A stretch of 54,082 nt of DNA from Candidatus Binatia bacterium (GTDB taxonomy: Bacteria; Pseudomonadota; Alphaproteobacteria; Dongiales; Dongiaceae), in the NCBI GenBank assembly GCA_035541335.1, contig DATKNM010000224.1:1-54082 (forward strand), written 5' to 3'. Below are positions 29,180 through 38,548 of the stretch, one piece after another (position 1 is the stretch's first letter; each line of letters opens with the position of its first letter). The position numbers and the translations under genes are program-made. Below the pieces are notes generated by a model. That model was given only the letters and a program-made list of their open reading frames with translations. It was not told the DNA's origin and did no database searches.

Positions 29180-29472
29180 GTCAGCTGTGAGCATAGCGGT
29201 CGCGGCAGATTCAATGTGGATCGTCGTCTTAGCTCCGCGAGAGAAAGCTATCTCTCACGTGTAAGATCGAGCAAAACGATGAATCTGGAGTTTCGCGAAA
29301 TCTCCATGACTCACCGTCATTCGCTTGACGGATATTTGCAGTTCGCCCAAGATTTCGAAAAACGGTTCGGCGGTCGTTGAGGCCGCATAATATAATATGC
29401 ACATGCTCCTTCTCTAGTGCGACGCGCCGCCGGGCCCGACGGTGCGATGTTCAACCGTTGTGGGAAAGCGCA

Positions 29473-32400
29473 ATGGTCGACCAGCTCACGGGCGCGGCGT
29501 GGCCGCGAGAGGTTGTTGGTGTGCTGCGGCCGGTCACCGGCGCGGGGGGAACCACCCAGGCACAGCTGGATAAGGCGCTGGCTGACATCGTGCGTGCGCT
29601 GCGAGGCGGCCAGGCGAGCGAGACTCTGCTGCCATCGGCGCGTCGGCCGATGGTCTCAGCGTTCCGTGCGACACGCGCCCAGGGCCATGTGATTTCTCCG
29701 GCGATCCTGTTGCCCGATGCCATACGTCGGATGCCCAGCGCCGCGCAACCCGCGGCGCCTGCACCTGAGGCCGGGTCGGTTCAACCATCGAGCACGCTGG
29801 CTTCAATCCGCAGCTTGCCGGTCGATGTTCCGATCGGGCCGCTGGCCCCTGAATGGGCGCGCGGACAGGCTCCGACCCGATCCCATGGTCCGTTCGTCAA
29901 CGAGCTGGGCGAACAGATCTGGATCGACATCTTTGAGCCCGTGCATCGGATCGGTCTGTACTCGCAGCCCAGCCCTCTCATGCCGGCGCGGCTGATGGCA
30001 TTGCTGCCCTTGCAGGGCGCCGGCCTGCCGCCCGATCGCATCCTCAGGCTCGCCGCCGGAAGCGTGTGGTTGCCGACCGCCTTGCTGGCCGGCGCTCGGC
30101 CCGGCGACGAGTTCATCGGTCTCAAGATCAAGGGCGGAACTCTGAGGCTGAGCGGACCCGCGACGAGTGTCGCGCAGTCGATTGTCGTCTCTGGAGCATG
30201 GGAAGCGCAACTGCACTTGACCTTGGATCCGCCGAGGGCGGCGGACCCCGACGCCAAGGTCGGCGGAGACGTCCAAGCGGCTCAGATTGATCTTCCCGCA
30301 AGCCTGGAGCTGGACTTCGGTGTGACGGGGATGAAGTCCATAGGGCTCGGCGACGGCATGCTGAGAGCCTACGCCGCAACGGCGCAGTTGACGCGGTCCC
30401 AGGAGAAGCCGCTTTACGACCCGGCGACGCAATCCCTCATCATTCCCTGCTCGGCTTCGGTCGAGGCCTTCGATTTCGGCGTGCCGAAGTCCGAAATCTT
30501 CCAATGCGGACCTCAGGCGCCGATCGTTGGTTCGGGCTGGTCGGTTCCGGTCACCGTCACCCAGCCGGACAAGCTCGGCGAGGCGATCGGCGCCGGTGCC
30601 CTGTGGTTGGCGCTGGGTGCCGGCCTCTCGGCCAAGTGGAGTGCGCATCCGGCACCCGTCCCTCTCTCCACGGCGAAGCTGCTCCTCGCGCCGGGCTCGA
30701 TCGTGAGCGTCGCCGAGACCGCCGTCGATCCGCTGGTCGAGGATTTCGATCTCTGGAACGAGCCCAGCACCGGCCGGCGTTCGCGCGTGGAATTCGCCGC
30801 ACCGGCGGGCGCAACGCTCACCTATTTCAGCTCGGCATTCTCCGAGGCAATGCTGGCGGTCGGCCAGGCGGTGGGGCATCTCGACCGGCCGCTGTCCGCC
30901 GATGGCGGACGGATCGCCGTCGGCATGCCCCTGGCGATCCTCGTGCAGGTGAAGACCGCCACCTCGAGCACCGTCTTTCTCTTCGGCATCGATGTCGGAT
31001 CCCTGCAGGCGCCGTTCCTGGCCTTCGCCCTTGAAAACCTGCTCCTGAAAGTGCGTCCGCCGACACTGCTGGTGCTCGAAGGTCGGCTCGAAGAGGACGG
31101 CATCGCCTCGGGTCGCGTCGGCCTGCTGTTCCAGTCTTATGCGGCACTGCCGACGCTGCCCGATCCCTATGCCGCGAATTTCGACACCACCCTGTTCGGC
31201 GGGAACGAGCCGATCGGCTGGCTCGGCGCTATCGTCGGCTGGACCGCCCCGGACAAGCCGCTCCTCAATTTCGCGGTGGAGACATTCGGCGCCGCGCCCG
31301 CCACAAATCAGGTGGGTCGCCTCGCCGATATCGAGATATCGCTCTACATGCTCGATCTCTCGAGCAACGCCGATCAGTTCGGCGTGATGATTCCCCTGGA
31401 GAGTCTGGCCACGACGTCGCTCCAGGGCCTGTCGCTCCGGGCGCCGGCAGGCAAGGTTGGCATCTTCACCTTGCCGCCGATCTCCTGGGAGCCCATGCTG
31501 ACCAAGCAGCCGACGTTCGTATCCGGCGACCCGCCGCTGGTGCCGGCGCCGAATGACGGCGGCGTCGCGCTGCTGCAGGCGGACAGCGTCACGCTGGTGC
31601 CGGTCGAGCCGACGCCGCTGTTGCTCGAATACATCTCGGCGGTGGAGAAGGAGCGGGCCTTCGAAGCGCGGCTGCCGCTGCCCTTCGGTATCATCGCGAA
31701 TCTTGATACCGAGATACTGGGCAATGCCAACGGGCAGTCCACCTTCATCGCCGATGGGGGTTCGTTCGGTCTGCATCAACCGTCTTTCGCCGGCGCGCTG
31801 CTCGGCAGTCGGCAGCTCCGGATCGAGGCACCGCCCTCGAAGATACCAGGCCGCGAGCGCACCTTCCCGCAGCCGAGCTACACGACCACCGAGGACACCA
31901 ACGACTACGCCGCGGGGGTCCTCAGCGCCAACATCCGCACGCGGTGGATCGGCGATTTCGGCTTCGGCAAGAAGGGCGTGCCGCTCGAGCGCTACGAGCT
32001 GACGGGCTACGGTGCCAGTCTGTTCAGCGACTGGCGCGACCGCTTCGCGCTCGGACCTGCGATCACCGAGGCGCGATTCGACGTGATCGTCGGCCGCACC
32101 AGCTACGAAGTGGTGCAGATGGAGTCGCGGCTGTATCCGTGGTGCGTCAAGGTCGTGCGCATCATCACCATCAAGCGCACCAACGGCGGCTGGGTGCTCC
32201 GCGAGGACAGCGGCTGGATCGCCGCGAGCGACGGCGTGTTCCTGTTCCCGAAAAGCGCCGACGTCCAAGGCGTGGTCTACAGTCCGCCGATCGACCCCGC
32301 CTTCGGCGATGCGCAGATCCACCGCGGCGCAGTCGGTGGCGTCATCAACGTGCGCAACATCCGTCTCTCTGCGCCGCAATTCCCGCTGCCCTCCGATGGG

Positions 32401-34191
32401 ACGATCTTCCAGCCGGTGAAGTTCGACGCCGACCTGCTGGTCGACCCGGGCGTGACGGTGCTCGCCGGCGGTGTCGCCTCTGCCGGCGGCACGCACGTGC
32501 CCGGTCGCGAGATCGATGGCTTCATCCAGATCACCGGAACGACTTACGCGGGAACGATCGACGGCCAGCCGGATCCCTTCGCCATGCCGGCGAGCCGTGC
32601 GCAGCTCTTCGAGCTGCTGCAGATTAAGGGGCCGGCGGTGGCGCCGATCGCCTGCACCGTCGCGGTCGGCGGAGTGGCCGGCAACCCGAGCCTGACCCAG
32701 CGTTGCTCCCAGGCGACAGTCGCCTGCAACGACGACCCGGTCGATCCGCAGCTGGTAGGCGCGCTTCGCGGAACGCCGCTGCTGCCCCGGGACGGGGCCT
32801 GGAGCCTCGGGCGCATGAAATCGACGGACACGGCGCCCAACGCGCTCGACCCGCAATTCGCAGCGCCGCTGGTGCGTCCGGTTGCGCCGGCGGCAGGCTC
32901 GGACAAGTGGCACATCGCCGATCCTGCGGACATCAAGCGGCTCGGCGACGGTGACACCCCGAACGTGCTCTACGGCCTGCTGCAATCGGTCGGGACGCAG
33001 AAGCTGTTCATGGCGCGGCCACAGGCGATCGGTGGTGTCTCTCAGATCGCCGTGCCGCAGGCGCCGAGCTTCGCCGACGTGGCGTCGCTGTTCAACGCCG
33101 CAGGCATCTTCCCCAATCTCGGCGATGCGTTCGACTTCGATACGCTGAACGGCGTCAACGTCAACGGCGGCGATTTCGGCTTCGACAAGCAGTTTACAAT
33201 CAAGCCGGTCTCGGGCCAGCCGCGCGAAACCCTGCTGATGGATCTCGATATCGTCAAGATCGTCATCCGCTACTGCGATGAGGCAAAGCACGAGACCGTG
33301 GTCGCGATGAAGGTGGCGCCGGCCCAATCGCCGCGCTGGTCGATCTCGCTGAAGCGCGTCGCGTTCGTGGTGAAATACAAGAGCGACGATCTCATAAAGA
33401 TGTTCGCCGACGTCAAGGCGGACGAGAAAAGCTCACCGACCTTCGACAACCTCAACGTCAACTACGTCGGCCTGCTGGAAATACTGCAGGACATTTTCAG
33501 TAACGTGCAGCAGGTCGCCCGCTTCCTGCCCGGCGGCGCCGATGCCGGCCTGAAGGTTGGGTTCTCCCAGGGCCGCTTGACGGTGCGGAACGAGTTCGCC
33601 CTGCCGACCCTGCCGCTCGGCACCGGCGAGCTCACCGACATCGCCGTCGCCATGGGCGTGGCGCTCGAGCTCTCGCCCCTGGGCATCGAGTTCATCGCCG
33701 GCCTCGGCAGTTCGGAGAAGCCCTTCCGCTGGGTCGTCTCGCCGCTCGCCGGAACCGGCTGCGTCCAGGTCGGGGTCAACAACAAGGGCCTCAACATCCT
33801 GGTGCAGGGTGGGATCGGCGTCGGCCTCTGCATCGATCTCGGCATCGCCGCCGGCAGCGCCTCCATCACGCTCGCCGTCGAGCTCAATACCAGCGTCGAT
33901 CCGTTCCTGCTGAAGGCGATCCTCTCGGGCCGCGCGAGCGTCGATGTCCTGCAGGGACTGGCCAGTGCCACGATCACGCTGGCCGCGGGCCTGGGCATCA
34001 TCCCGCCGAGCCCGTTGCCGGCGCTGCCGCCGCCTTTCCCGACCAAGCTCGGTCCCTACACGATCGGGTTCGTCGCTTCGGTCTCGGTCGGCATCCACAT
34101 CTCGGTCTGCTGGGTGGTGGACATCGACTGGGACGACTACTGGCAGTTCCGCCAGGACATCACCACGCCGTCCGTCAGCCTGCCGTTCTGA
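29473..34191 (+). CDS. Hypothetical 1572-aa beta-rich protein
   Basis: Long ORF with coding-like GC3; C-terminal run of amphipathic Gly-rich beta-strands; no recognised catalytic motif. Confidence 0.88.
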   Translation: MVDQLTGAAWPREVVGVLRPVTGAGGTTQAQLDKALADIVRALRGGQASETLLPSARRPMVSAFRATRAQGHVISPAILLPDAIRRMPSAAQPAAPAPEAGSVQPSSTLASIRSLPVDVPIGPLAPEWARGQAPTRSHGPFVNELGEQIWIDIFEPVHRIGLYSQPSPLMPARLMALLPLQGAGLPPDRILRLAAGSVWLPTALLAGARPGDEFIGLKIKGGTLRLSGPATSVAQSIVVSGAWEAQLHLTLDPPRAADPDAKVGGDVQAAQIDLPASLELDFGVTGMKSIGLGDGMLRAYAATAQLTRSQEKPLYDPATQSLIIPCSASVEAFDFGVPKSEIFQCGPQAPIVGSGWSVPVTVTQPDKLGEAIGAGALWLALGAGLSAKWSAHPAPVPLSTAKLLLAPGSIVSVAETAVDPLVEDFDLWNEPSTGRRSRVEFAAPAGATLTYFSSAFSEAMLAVGQAVGHLDRPLSADGGRIAVGMPLAILVQVKTATSSTVFLFGIDVGSLQAPFLAFALENLLLKVRPPTLLVLEGRLEEDGIASGRVGLLFQSYAALPTLPDPYAANFDTTLFGGNEPIGWLGAIVGWTAPDKPLLNFAVETFGAAPATNQVGRLADIEISLYMLDLSSNADQFGVMIPLESLATTSLQGLSLRAPAGKVGIFTLPPISWEPMLTKQPTFVSGDPPLVPAPNDGGVALLQADSVTLVPVEPTPLLLEYISAVEKERAFEARLPLPFGIIANLDTEILGNANGQSTFIADGGSFGLHQPSFAGALLGSRQLRIEAPPSKIPGRERTFPQPSYTTTEDTNDYAAGVLSANIRTRWIGDFGFGKKGVPLERYELTGYGASLFSDWRDRFALGPAITEARFDVIVGRTSYEVVQMESRLYPWCVKVVRIITIKRTNGGWVLREDSGWIAASDGVFLFPKSADVQGVVYSPPIDPAFGDAQIHRGAVGGVINVRNIRLSAPQFPLPSDGTIFQPVKFDADLLVDPGVTVLAGGVASAGGTHVPGREIDGFIQITGTTYAGTIDGQPDPFAMPASRAQLFELLQIKGPAVAPIACTVAVGGVAGNPSLTQRCSQATVACNDDPVDPQLVGALRGTPLLPRDGAWSLGRMKSTDTAPNALDPQFAAPLVRPVAPAAGSDKWHIADPADIKRLGDGDTPNVLYGLLQSVGTQKLFMARPQAIGGVSQIAVPQAPSFADVASLFNAAGIFPNLGDAFDFDTLNGVNVNGGDFGFDKQFTIKPVSGQPRETLLMDLDIVKIVIRYCDEAKHETVVAMKVAPAQSPRWSISLKRVAFVVKYKSDDLIKMFADVKADEKSSPTFDNLNVNYVGLLEILQDIFSNVQQVARFLPGGADAGLKVGFSQGRLTVRNEFALPTLPLGTGELTDIAVAMGVALELSPLGIEFIAGLGSSEKPFRWVVSPLAGTGCVQVGVNNKGLNILVQGGIGVGLCIDLGIAAGSASITLAVELNTSVDPFLLKAILSGRASVDVLQGLASATITLAAGLGIIPPSPLPALPPPFPTKLGPYTIGFVASVSVGIHISVCWVVDIDWDDYWQFRQDITTPSVSLPF

Positions 34192-34198
34192 GCTGCGA

Positions 34199-34231
34199 CG
34201 TTTCTGAGGTAAGACCGTTTCTGAGGTAAGA
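34199..34231 (+). repeat. Tandem duplication CGTTTCTGAGGTAAGA (17-bp period) containing the RBS
   Basis: Two 16-bp copies at 34199 and 34216, just before ATG 34233. Confidence 0.9.
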
Positions 34232-34232
34232 T

Positions 34233-37200
34233 ATGGCGCTCACCGACCTCAAGCTCTCGATCTTCACCTTTCCCCAGAGCTGGGAACCGGGTGTCATCCA
34301 TCTGCGCGTCCTCATGGTGCCGACCGGCAGCCCGCTCTTTCCACTCGGCGCTGGCATGCCGAAATTCGCCGGTACGCAATGGAAGCTGCGCGCCGTCGTG
34401 CTCAGCGGGCTCAACGGGTTCTGGTCCGCCAATCCGACCGCCGGCGCCGTCCTGCCGCCGGTTGCCGAGACCTTGACGCCGCCGGCGGGCGCCCAGGCGC
34501 TGTTCGAAGCCCTGCGCGACACCCTGCTTATCTCGGATGCGCCGCCGACACCCGCGGAACAGGCCGCTCGCCTCACCAAGCTCGGCGATACACGGATCAA
34601 GAAGGAATTGCCGCCGAGCTACACCGGCGCCTTCGCCTTCGAGCGCCCGCGCACCGACGACGCCGGCGTCGGCGACGCATTCGGCTGCGCGCTGCGCGAC
34701 GTGCCCGGCGGCAGTGCGGGCGACAAGAAGCCCTCGGACACGCTCTCCTGGGGCAAGGTGATCGCCTATGCCCTCCGGCAGCCGGAACTCGCAGCGGCGC
34801 TGGGGCTGCTCTATGGTCACATCCGCATCGACGTCCCCGACATCACGCAGCTCAAGGACGGCGGCTGGGTCTATTTCGAGCTCGATCCCACCGCGCCCGG
34901 TCAGTTCGTGCCGCCGCCTGATGCTATCCGCAGCTATGCAGCGCGTCTGCCCGCGCTGAGCGCAGACCCGCGTAGCCTCTTTGCCGCGGTCCTGTTCCCG
35001 GTCGGCCAAGCCAGCCAGGCCGGATACGACGACCCGCTCGCCGAAGCGGCGGTCTATGACGACGGTTTCGCCAAGATCATGCATTCCTTCCAACCGGACA
35101 CGGCGGATGCCGCCAGCAGCGGTCACAACGAGCTGCGGCCGGCGACCGATTGTGGCGTCGATCTCGGCTGGGACGACGAGCAGGTCGTGATCTGGCACAA
35201 CCGCCAGCTCGAAACCGCCCGTGTCAGACTCGGTGGCAGCGTGATGAAGCCGTCGGTCGAGGCTCCGCTCGGCGTCTCCGGCTATCGCATCGACGTCAAG
35301 ACCGCGGGCCACGGATGGCGTTCGCTCTGTCGGGTCCATTCGATCGACGCAGCGGGCAATCCGGCCAACCTGGAGTTCCCGCAGGGCCAGGCGGATCCCG
35401 CATTCTCGCACCCCTTCGCTGGAGAGCTGAGCGTGGACGCGGCGCCCGCGCGCAACATCGATGCGGATTCGAAGCAGGCATGGCTGCCGCGCTACTTCAC
35501 CCGTTGGCACGGCCGGTCGCTGGTGGTGAACGACGATACGCTCTACCGCCTGACCGGCGGCGCGCCTCTGGACGCCGACGGGAAACCGTTGAACCCGCAA
35601 TCCGGCAGCTATGCGCCGGATGGCGCCGGCATCGAGCTCATGTACGGGCAAGAATACGAATTCCGTTGCCGCCTCGCCGATCTCACCGGCGGCGGTCCCG
35701 CTCCGACTGCGGCAGGACCGTCGCGACCGTCGCCGGCACCGACCACCAAGCTGCGTTTCCTGCGCCATGTGCCGCCCAAGGCCCTACGTGTGCTGACCGA
35801 TCCGCCGCCGCCGGTGGTCGGTGGCGCCGTTGACGTCATTCGTCAGATCGCCAACCTGTCGTTGCAGCGACCGCTGATGGGATACCCGGACTTCATCTTC
35901 GCCGGCGTCGATCGCGCGAAGGTGCTGGAAGGGCCGGGCAACCTCTTCACCCAGGTGGCCGCGGCCCAAGCGGGTCAGGCGGCGATCGGTGTCGCCGATC
36001 CCGACGTCGCCGAGGTGCAGATCTCCGTGCAGGTTCGGCTGCCGGTGCATGATCCGGGACCCGCGGGAACCCAGGACGGGCAGTTCCGCGAGATCTACAA
36101 GGTGAGCCGCAACTTCGCCGCTTATGACTTCAACAATCCCTTGGTCGACCCGGCGCCGCTTGCGATCGCGCTCGACTACATCGACGTCCACAACCTTGAA
36201 GCCTTCGTCACAGATATCGCCGGCAATCCGCCGGGTCCGCAGGATGCCTTGCCGATCCCGCGCGCCCGCGACGTGCGCCTGCGGTTGACGCCGGTCTGCA
36301 CTGCAGTACCGAACCGTTACGCCGACGACGGCGTCCGTTTCGGCATGACCGTGGACCTGATGACCCGTGCGCCGGCACTCGATGAAGCCGCTCTCTTCGT
36401 CGCTGGCGTACCGGAGCGGCAGCTGAACGGCATCTTTCTTCAGCCGGGAGATTACCTGCCGCAGCGCCTCGCGCAGCAGCTCGATCTCACCGTCGCCAAC
36501 CTGGAGTTTGCGCCGAAACCTGGTCGCCGCGTCGTCTTCGGCGCCTCGCGCGCCTTGCGCCATTCGCTGTCCGGCGATTCCGGCACCATCACCTTTGCCA
36601 CCGAAGGCGAGCTCAGGGACCATTGGTTGGTGGCCATCACGCTGGACTTGGATCGTGACTGGACCTGGGACGGGTTGCAGGACCGCGGCTTCGAGGTCGC
36701 CCGTAGGGATTCGCCGTGGAACGCCGAGCAGGTCGTCGGCCAGATCGATCTTCGCTTCGCGGTCAACGTGCTTGCGTTGCAGGGCGACGACGCGCAATTC
36801 CCGGATCGCCGGGCCACGACGCGGCTGATTTTCTTCGACGCGATCGATCCAACACCGGCACCGGGCACATTCCCGCGGGTGGCGCAGCCGACCTGGATCG
36901 TCCGGCCGCAGCTCAAGGAGCCTGCTGCTGCACCCGGCGATGCGGCGCTCGCCTGGACCCAGGACATGCTGCTGCCGATCGCTTCCGCGCCGGCGCAGAT
37001 GCCGCGGCTCGTATCGGCTGGTGTGGCGCTATCGCCCTATGTCCGCGACGAACCGGCCTATGCCTGGACGACACAGCGCGACCGTGCGCTCTGGCTGCAG
37101 ATGGATGAGCCGGTCGCCGATCCAGACGATCGGCTGTTCGCCCGCGTGCTTGCCTATGGTCCCGATCCGCTGCTGTCGGGCGACCTCACGCACAAGCTGT

Positions 37201-38183
37201 TTCCGATCCAGATCCTGGGCGACAAGTTCGATCCCGAAGTCTACGCCGCGCAGAACCTGCCATCGACGCCGGAGCCTGACCCGCCGCAGCTTCCAATCGA
37301 TCCGGAGCAGATCCGCGTCATCGTGCCGAACCAACCGGAGGACTTCTCCGGCCTTGACGCCATGGTGGAGCTGATACCCGACGATACCGGCACGCATTTC
37401 GCGCTGCCGCTGCCGCCGGGCATCGCGCCGGATGCGCCCGAATTGTTCGGCTTCTGGACTTACGAGATCCGGGTCGGTCACAAGGGCGCATGGTCGACCG
37501 CGCAAGCCCGCTTCGGTCGGCCGCTGCGGGTTGCCGGTGTTCAGCATCCTGCCCCATCGCTTGCCTGCATCGCGCAGCGCGTGGTGCCCACCAGCGGCCC
37601 GGCCGGTGTGTTTCAGCGGCCGCCCTACATTACAGTGACTGCCCCCTACGCGACGCCGGTCTATGCGGACCAGAAGCTGACCGACGCCGCTGCCGGCGAT
37701 CCGCGAACCCGGATCTGGGTCATGCTCTACGCCCAAGTCATGCAGGCCGACGGTGCCACATGGCGCAACGTGCTCCTGGGACGCAAGTTCGCCTGGCCGC
37801 AATTTGACCAGAATCCGGCGCCCGATCGGAAGCGCCGAAGCACCCGCGACGTGCTTGGCCGGGCGGAGTTCGATCTGAAATCGATTGAGAGCGTCCTCGG
37901 CAAGGTCGCCTTGCCGCCCGATGCACCGCTCTCCGTGCTGGCGGTTGAGCTGCTGCCCGGCGGCAACATGATCCCGCTGATCTACAAGTTCGGCGACGGC
38001 GAGGTGGTTGGCGCCGCCGATATGCCGGAACCGCCGCCCGCGGATCCTTTCGCATCGCCCTTCGCCGGCGTCGCCTTCCAGCAGGCGCAGTTCGCCGATC
38101 CGCTCGGACACGATCTCGGCACCATTCGCAGCCATCGCATCCTGCGGACCTCGCCTCTCACGCCGGTGCCGCCCAGCTGCTGA
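34233..38183 (+). CDS. Hypothetical 1316-aa Pro-rich protein
   Basis: Long ORF 41 bp after the previous gene; GAGGT RBS; motif-like LMYGQEYEFRCRLADLTGG and FGFWTYEIRVGH. Confidence 0.88.
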   Translation: MALTDLKLSIFTFPQSWEPGVIHLRVLMVPTGSPLFPLGAGMPKFAGTQWKLRAVVLSGLNGFWSANPTAGAVLPPVAETLTPPAGAQALFEALRDTLLISDAPPTPAEQAARLTKLGDTRIKKELPPSYTGAFAFERPRTDDAGVGDAFGCALRDVPGGSAGDKKPSDTLSWGKVIAYALRQPELAAALGLLYGHIRIDVPDITQLKDGGWVYFELDPTAPGQFVPPPDAIRSYAARLPALSADPRSLFAAVLFPVGQASQAGYDDPLAEAAVYDDGFAKIMHSFQPDTADAASSGHNELRPATDCGVDLGWDDEQVVIWHNRQLETARVRLGGSVMKPSVEAPLGVSGYRIDVKTAGHGWRSLCRVHSIDAAGNPANLEFPQGQADPAFSHPFAGELSVDAAPARNIDADSKQAWLPRYFTRWHGRSLVVNDDTLYRLTGGAPLDADGKPLNPQSGSYAPDGAGIELMYGQEYEFRCRLADLTGGGPAPTAAGPSRPSPAPTTKLRFLRHVPPKALRVLTDPPPPVVGGAVDVIRQIANLSLQRPLMGYPDFIFAGVDRAKVLEGPGNLFTQVAAAQAGQAAIGVADPDVAEVQISVQVRLPVHDPGPAGTQDGQFREIYKVSRNFAAYDFNNPLVDPAPLAIALDYIDVHNLEAFVTDIAGNPPGPQDALPIPRARDVRLRLTPVCTAVPNRYADDGVRFGMTVDLMTRAPALDEAALFVAGVPERQLNGIFLQPGDYLPQRLAQQLDLTVANLEFAPKPGRRVVFGASRALRHSLSGDSGTITFATEGELRDHWLVAITLDLDRDWTWDGLQDRGFEVARRDSPWNAEQVVGQIDLRFAVNVLALQGDDAQFPDRRATTRLIFFDAIDPTPAPGTFPRVAQPTWIVRPQLKEPAAAPGDAALAWTQDMLLPIASAPAQMPRLVSAGVALSPYVRDEPAYAWTTQRDRALWLQMDEPVADPDDRLFARVLAYGPDPLLSGDLTHKLFPIQILGDKFDPEVYAAQNLPSTPEPDPPQLPIDPEQIRVIVPNQPEDFSGLDAMVELIPDDTGTHFALPLPPGIAPDAPELFGFWTYEIRVGHKGAWSTAQARFGRPLRVAGVQHPAPSLACIAQRVVPTSGPAGVFQRPPYITVTAPYATPVYADQKLTDAAAGDPRTRIWVMLYAQVMQADGATWRNVLLGRKFAWPQFDQNPAPDRKRRSTRDVLGRAEFDLKSIESVLGKVALPPDAPLSVLAVELLPGGNMIPLIYKFGDGEVVGAADMPEPPPADPFASPFAGVAFQQAQFADPLGHDLGTIRSHRILRTSPLTPVPPSC

Positions 38184-38274
38184 TTGGTTGGCATCAAGGC
38201 GCAGCTCCTGGCGCAAGGCGGAGACTTGGATCTGGCCGTTCGTGAGATTGAGCCGCTCTACCTCGGGAAAGCGG

Positions 38275-38297
38275 TGGTGGGCGGTACTGGGATTGAA
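38275..38297 (-). repeat. tRNA-Val 3'-end fragment (att site), copy 2
   Basis: Identical to 28676-28698; continues as CCAG (T-stem) and then diverges, so not a full tRNA. Confidence 0.85.
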
Positions 38298-38548
38298 CCA
38301 GGCCTCCTGATCTCACCGATGTATGATGTTCGTTTTTATCAATTAGTTATTGGGATATCGACGGCTTGAGTGTGTCATAGAAGCAGGTTGTGTCATAGGT
38401 TTACGGCAAGACACGACTTTTAGACCGCGCCCATTGCACCCCCTGGGGAGGCCAGTCCGCTCCTCGACATCCACCGCCTCCTGTACCGCGGCTTTCGATC
38501 TCGCCGGCACGACGACCGAAATCATCGTCCGCTCGATCGGAGACCGGG

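Larger units (their letters stand above)
28676..38297. mobile_element. 9.6-kb genomic island bounded by tRNA-Val 3' direct repeats
   Basis: 23-bp perfect direct repeats, integrase remnant near the left end, two giant hypothetical cargo genes. Confidence 0.75.

Noticed and set aside
29803-33327. 1174-aa minus-strand ORF
   Set aside because: Antisense to the 1572-aa gene with Arg-rich shadow composition; no independent evidence.
38275-38350. Possible complete tRNA gene
   Set aside because: Only T-arm and acceptor 3' strand present; no anticodon or D arm.
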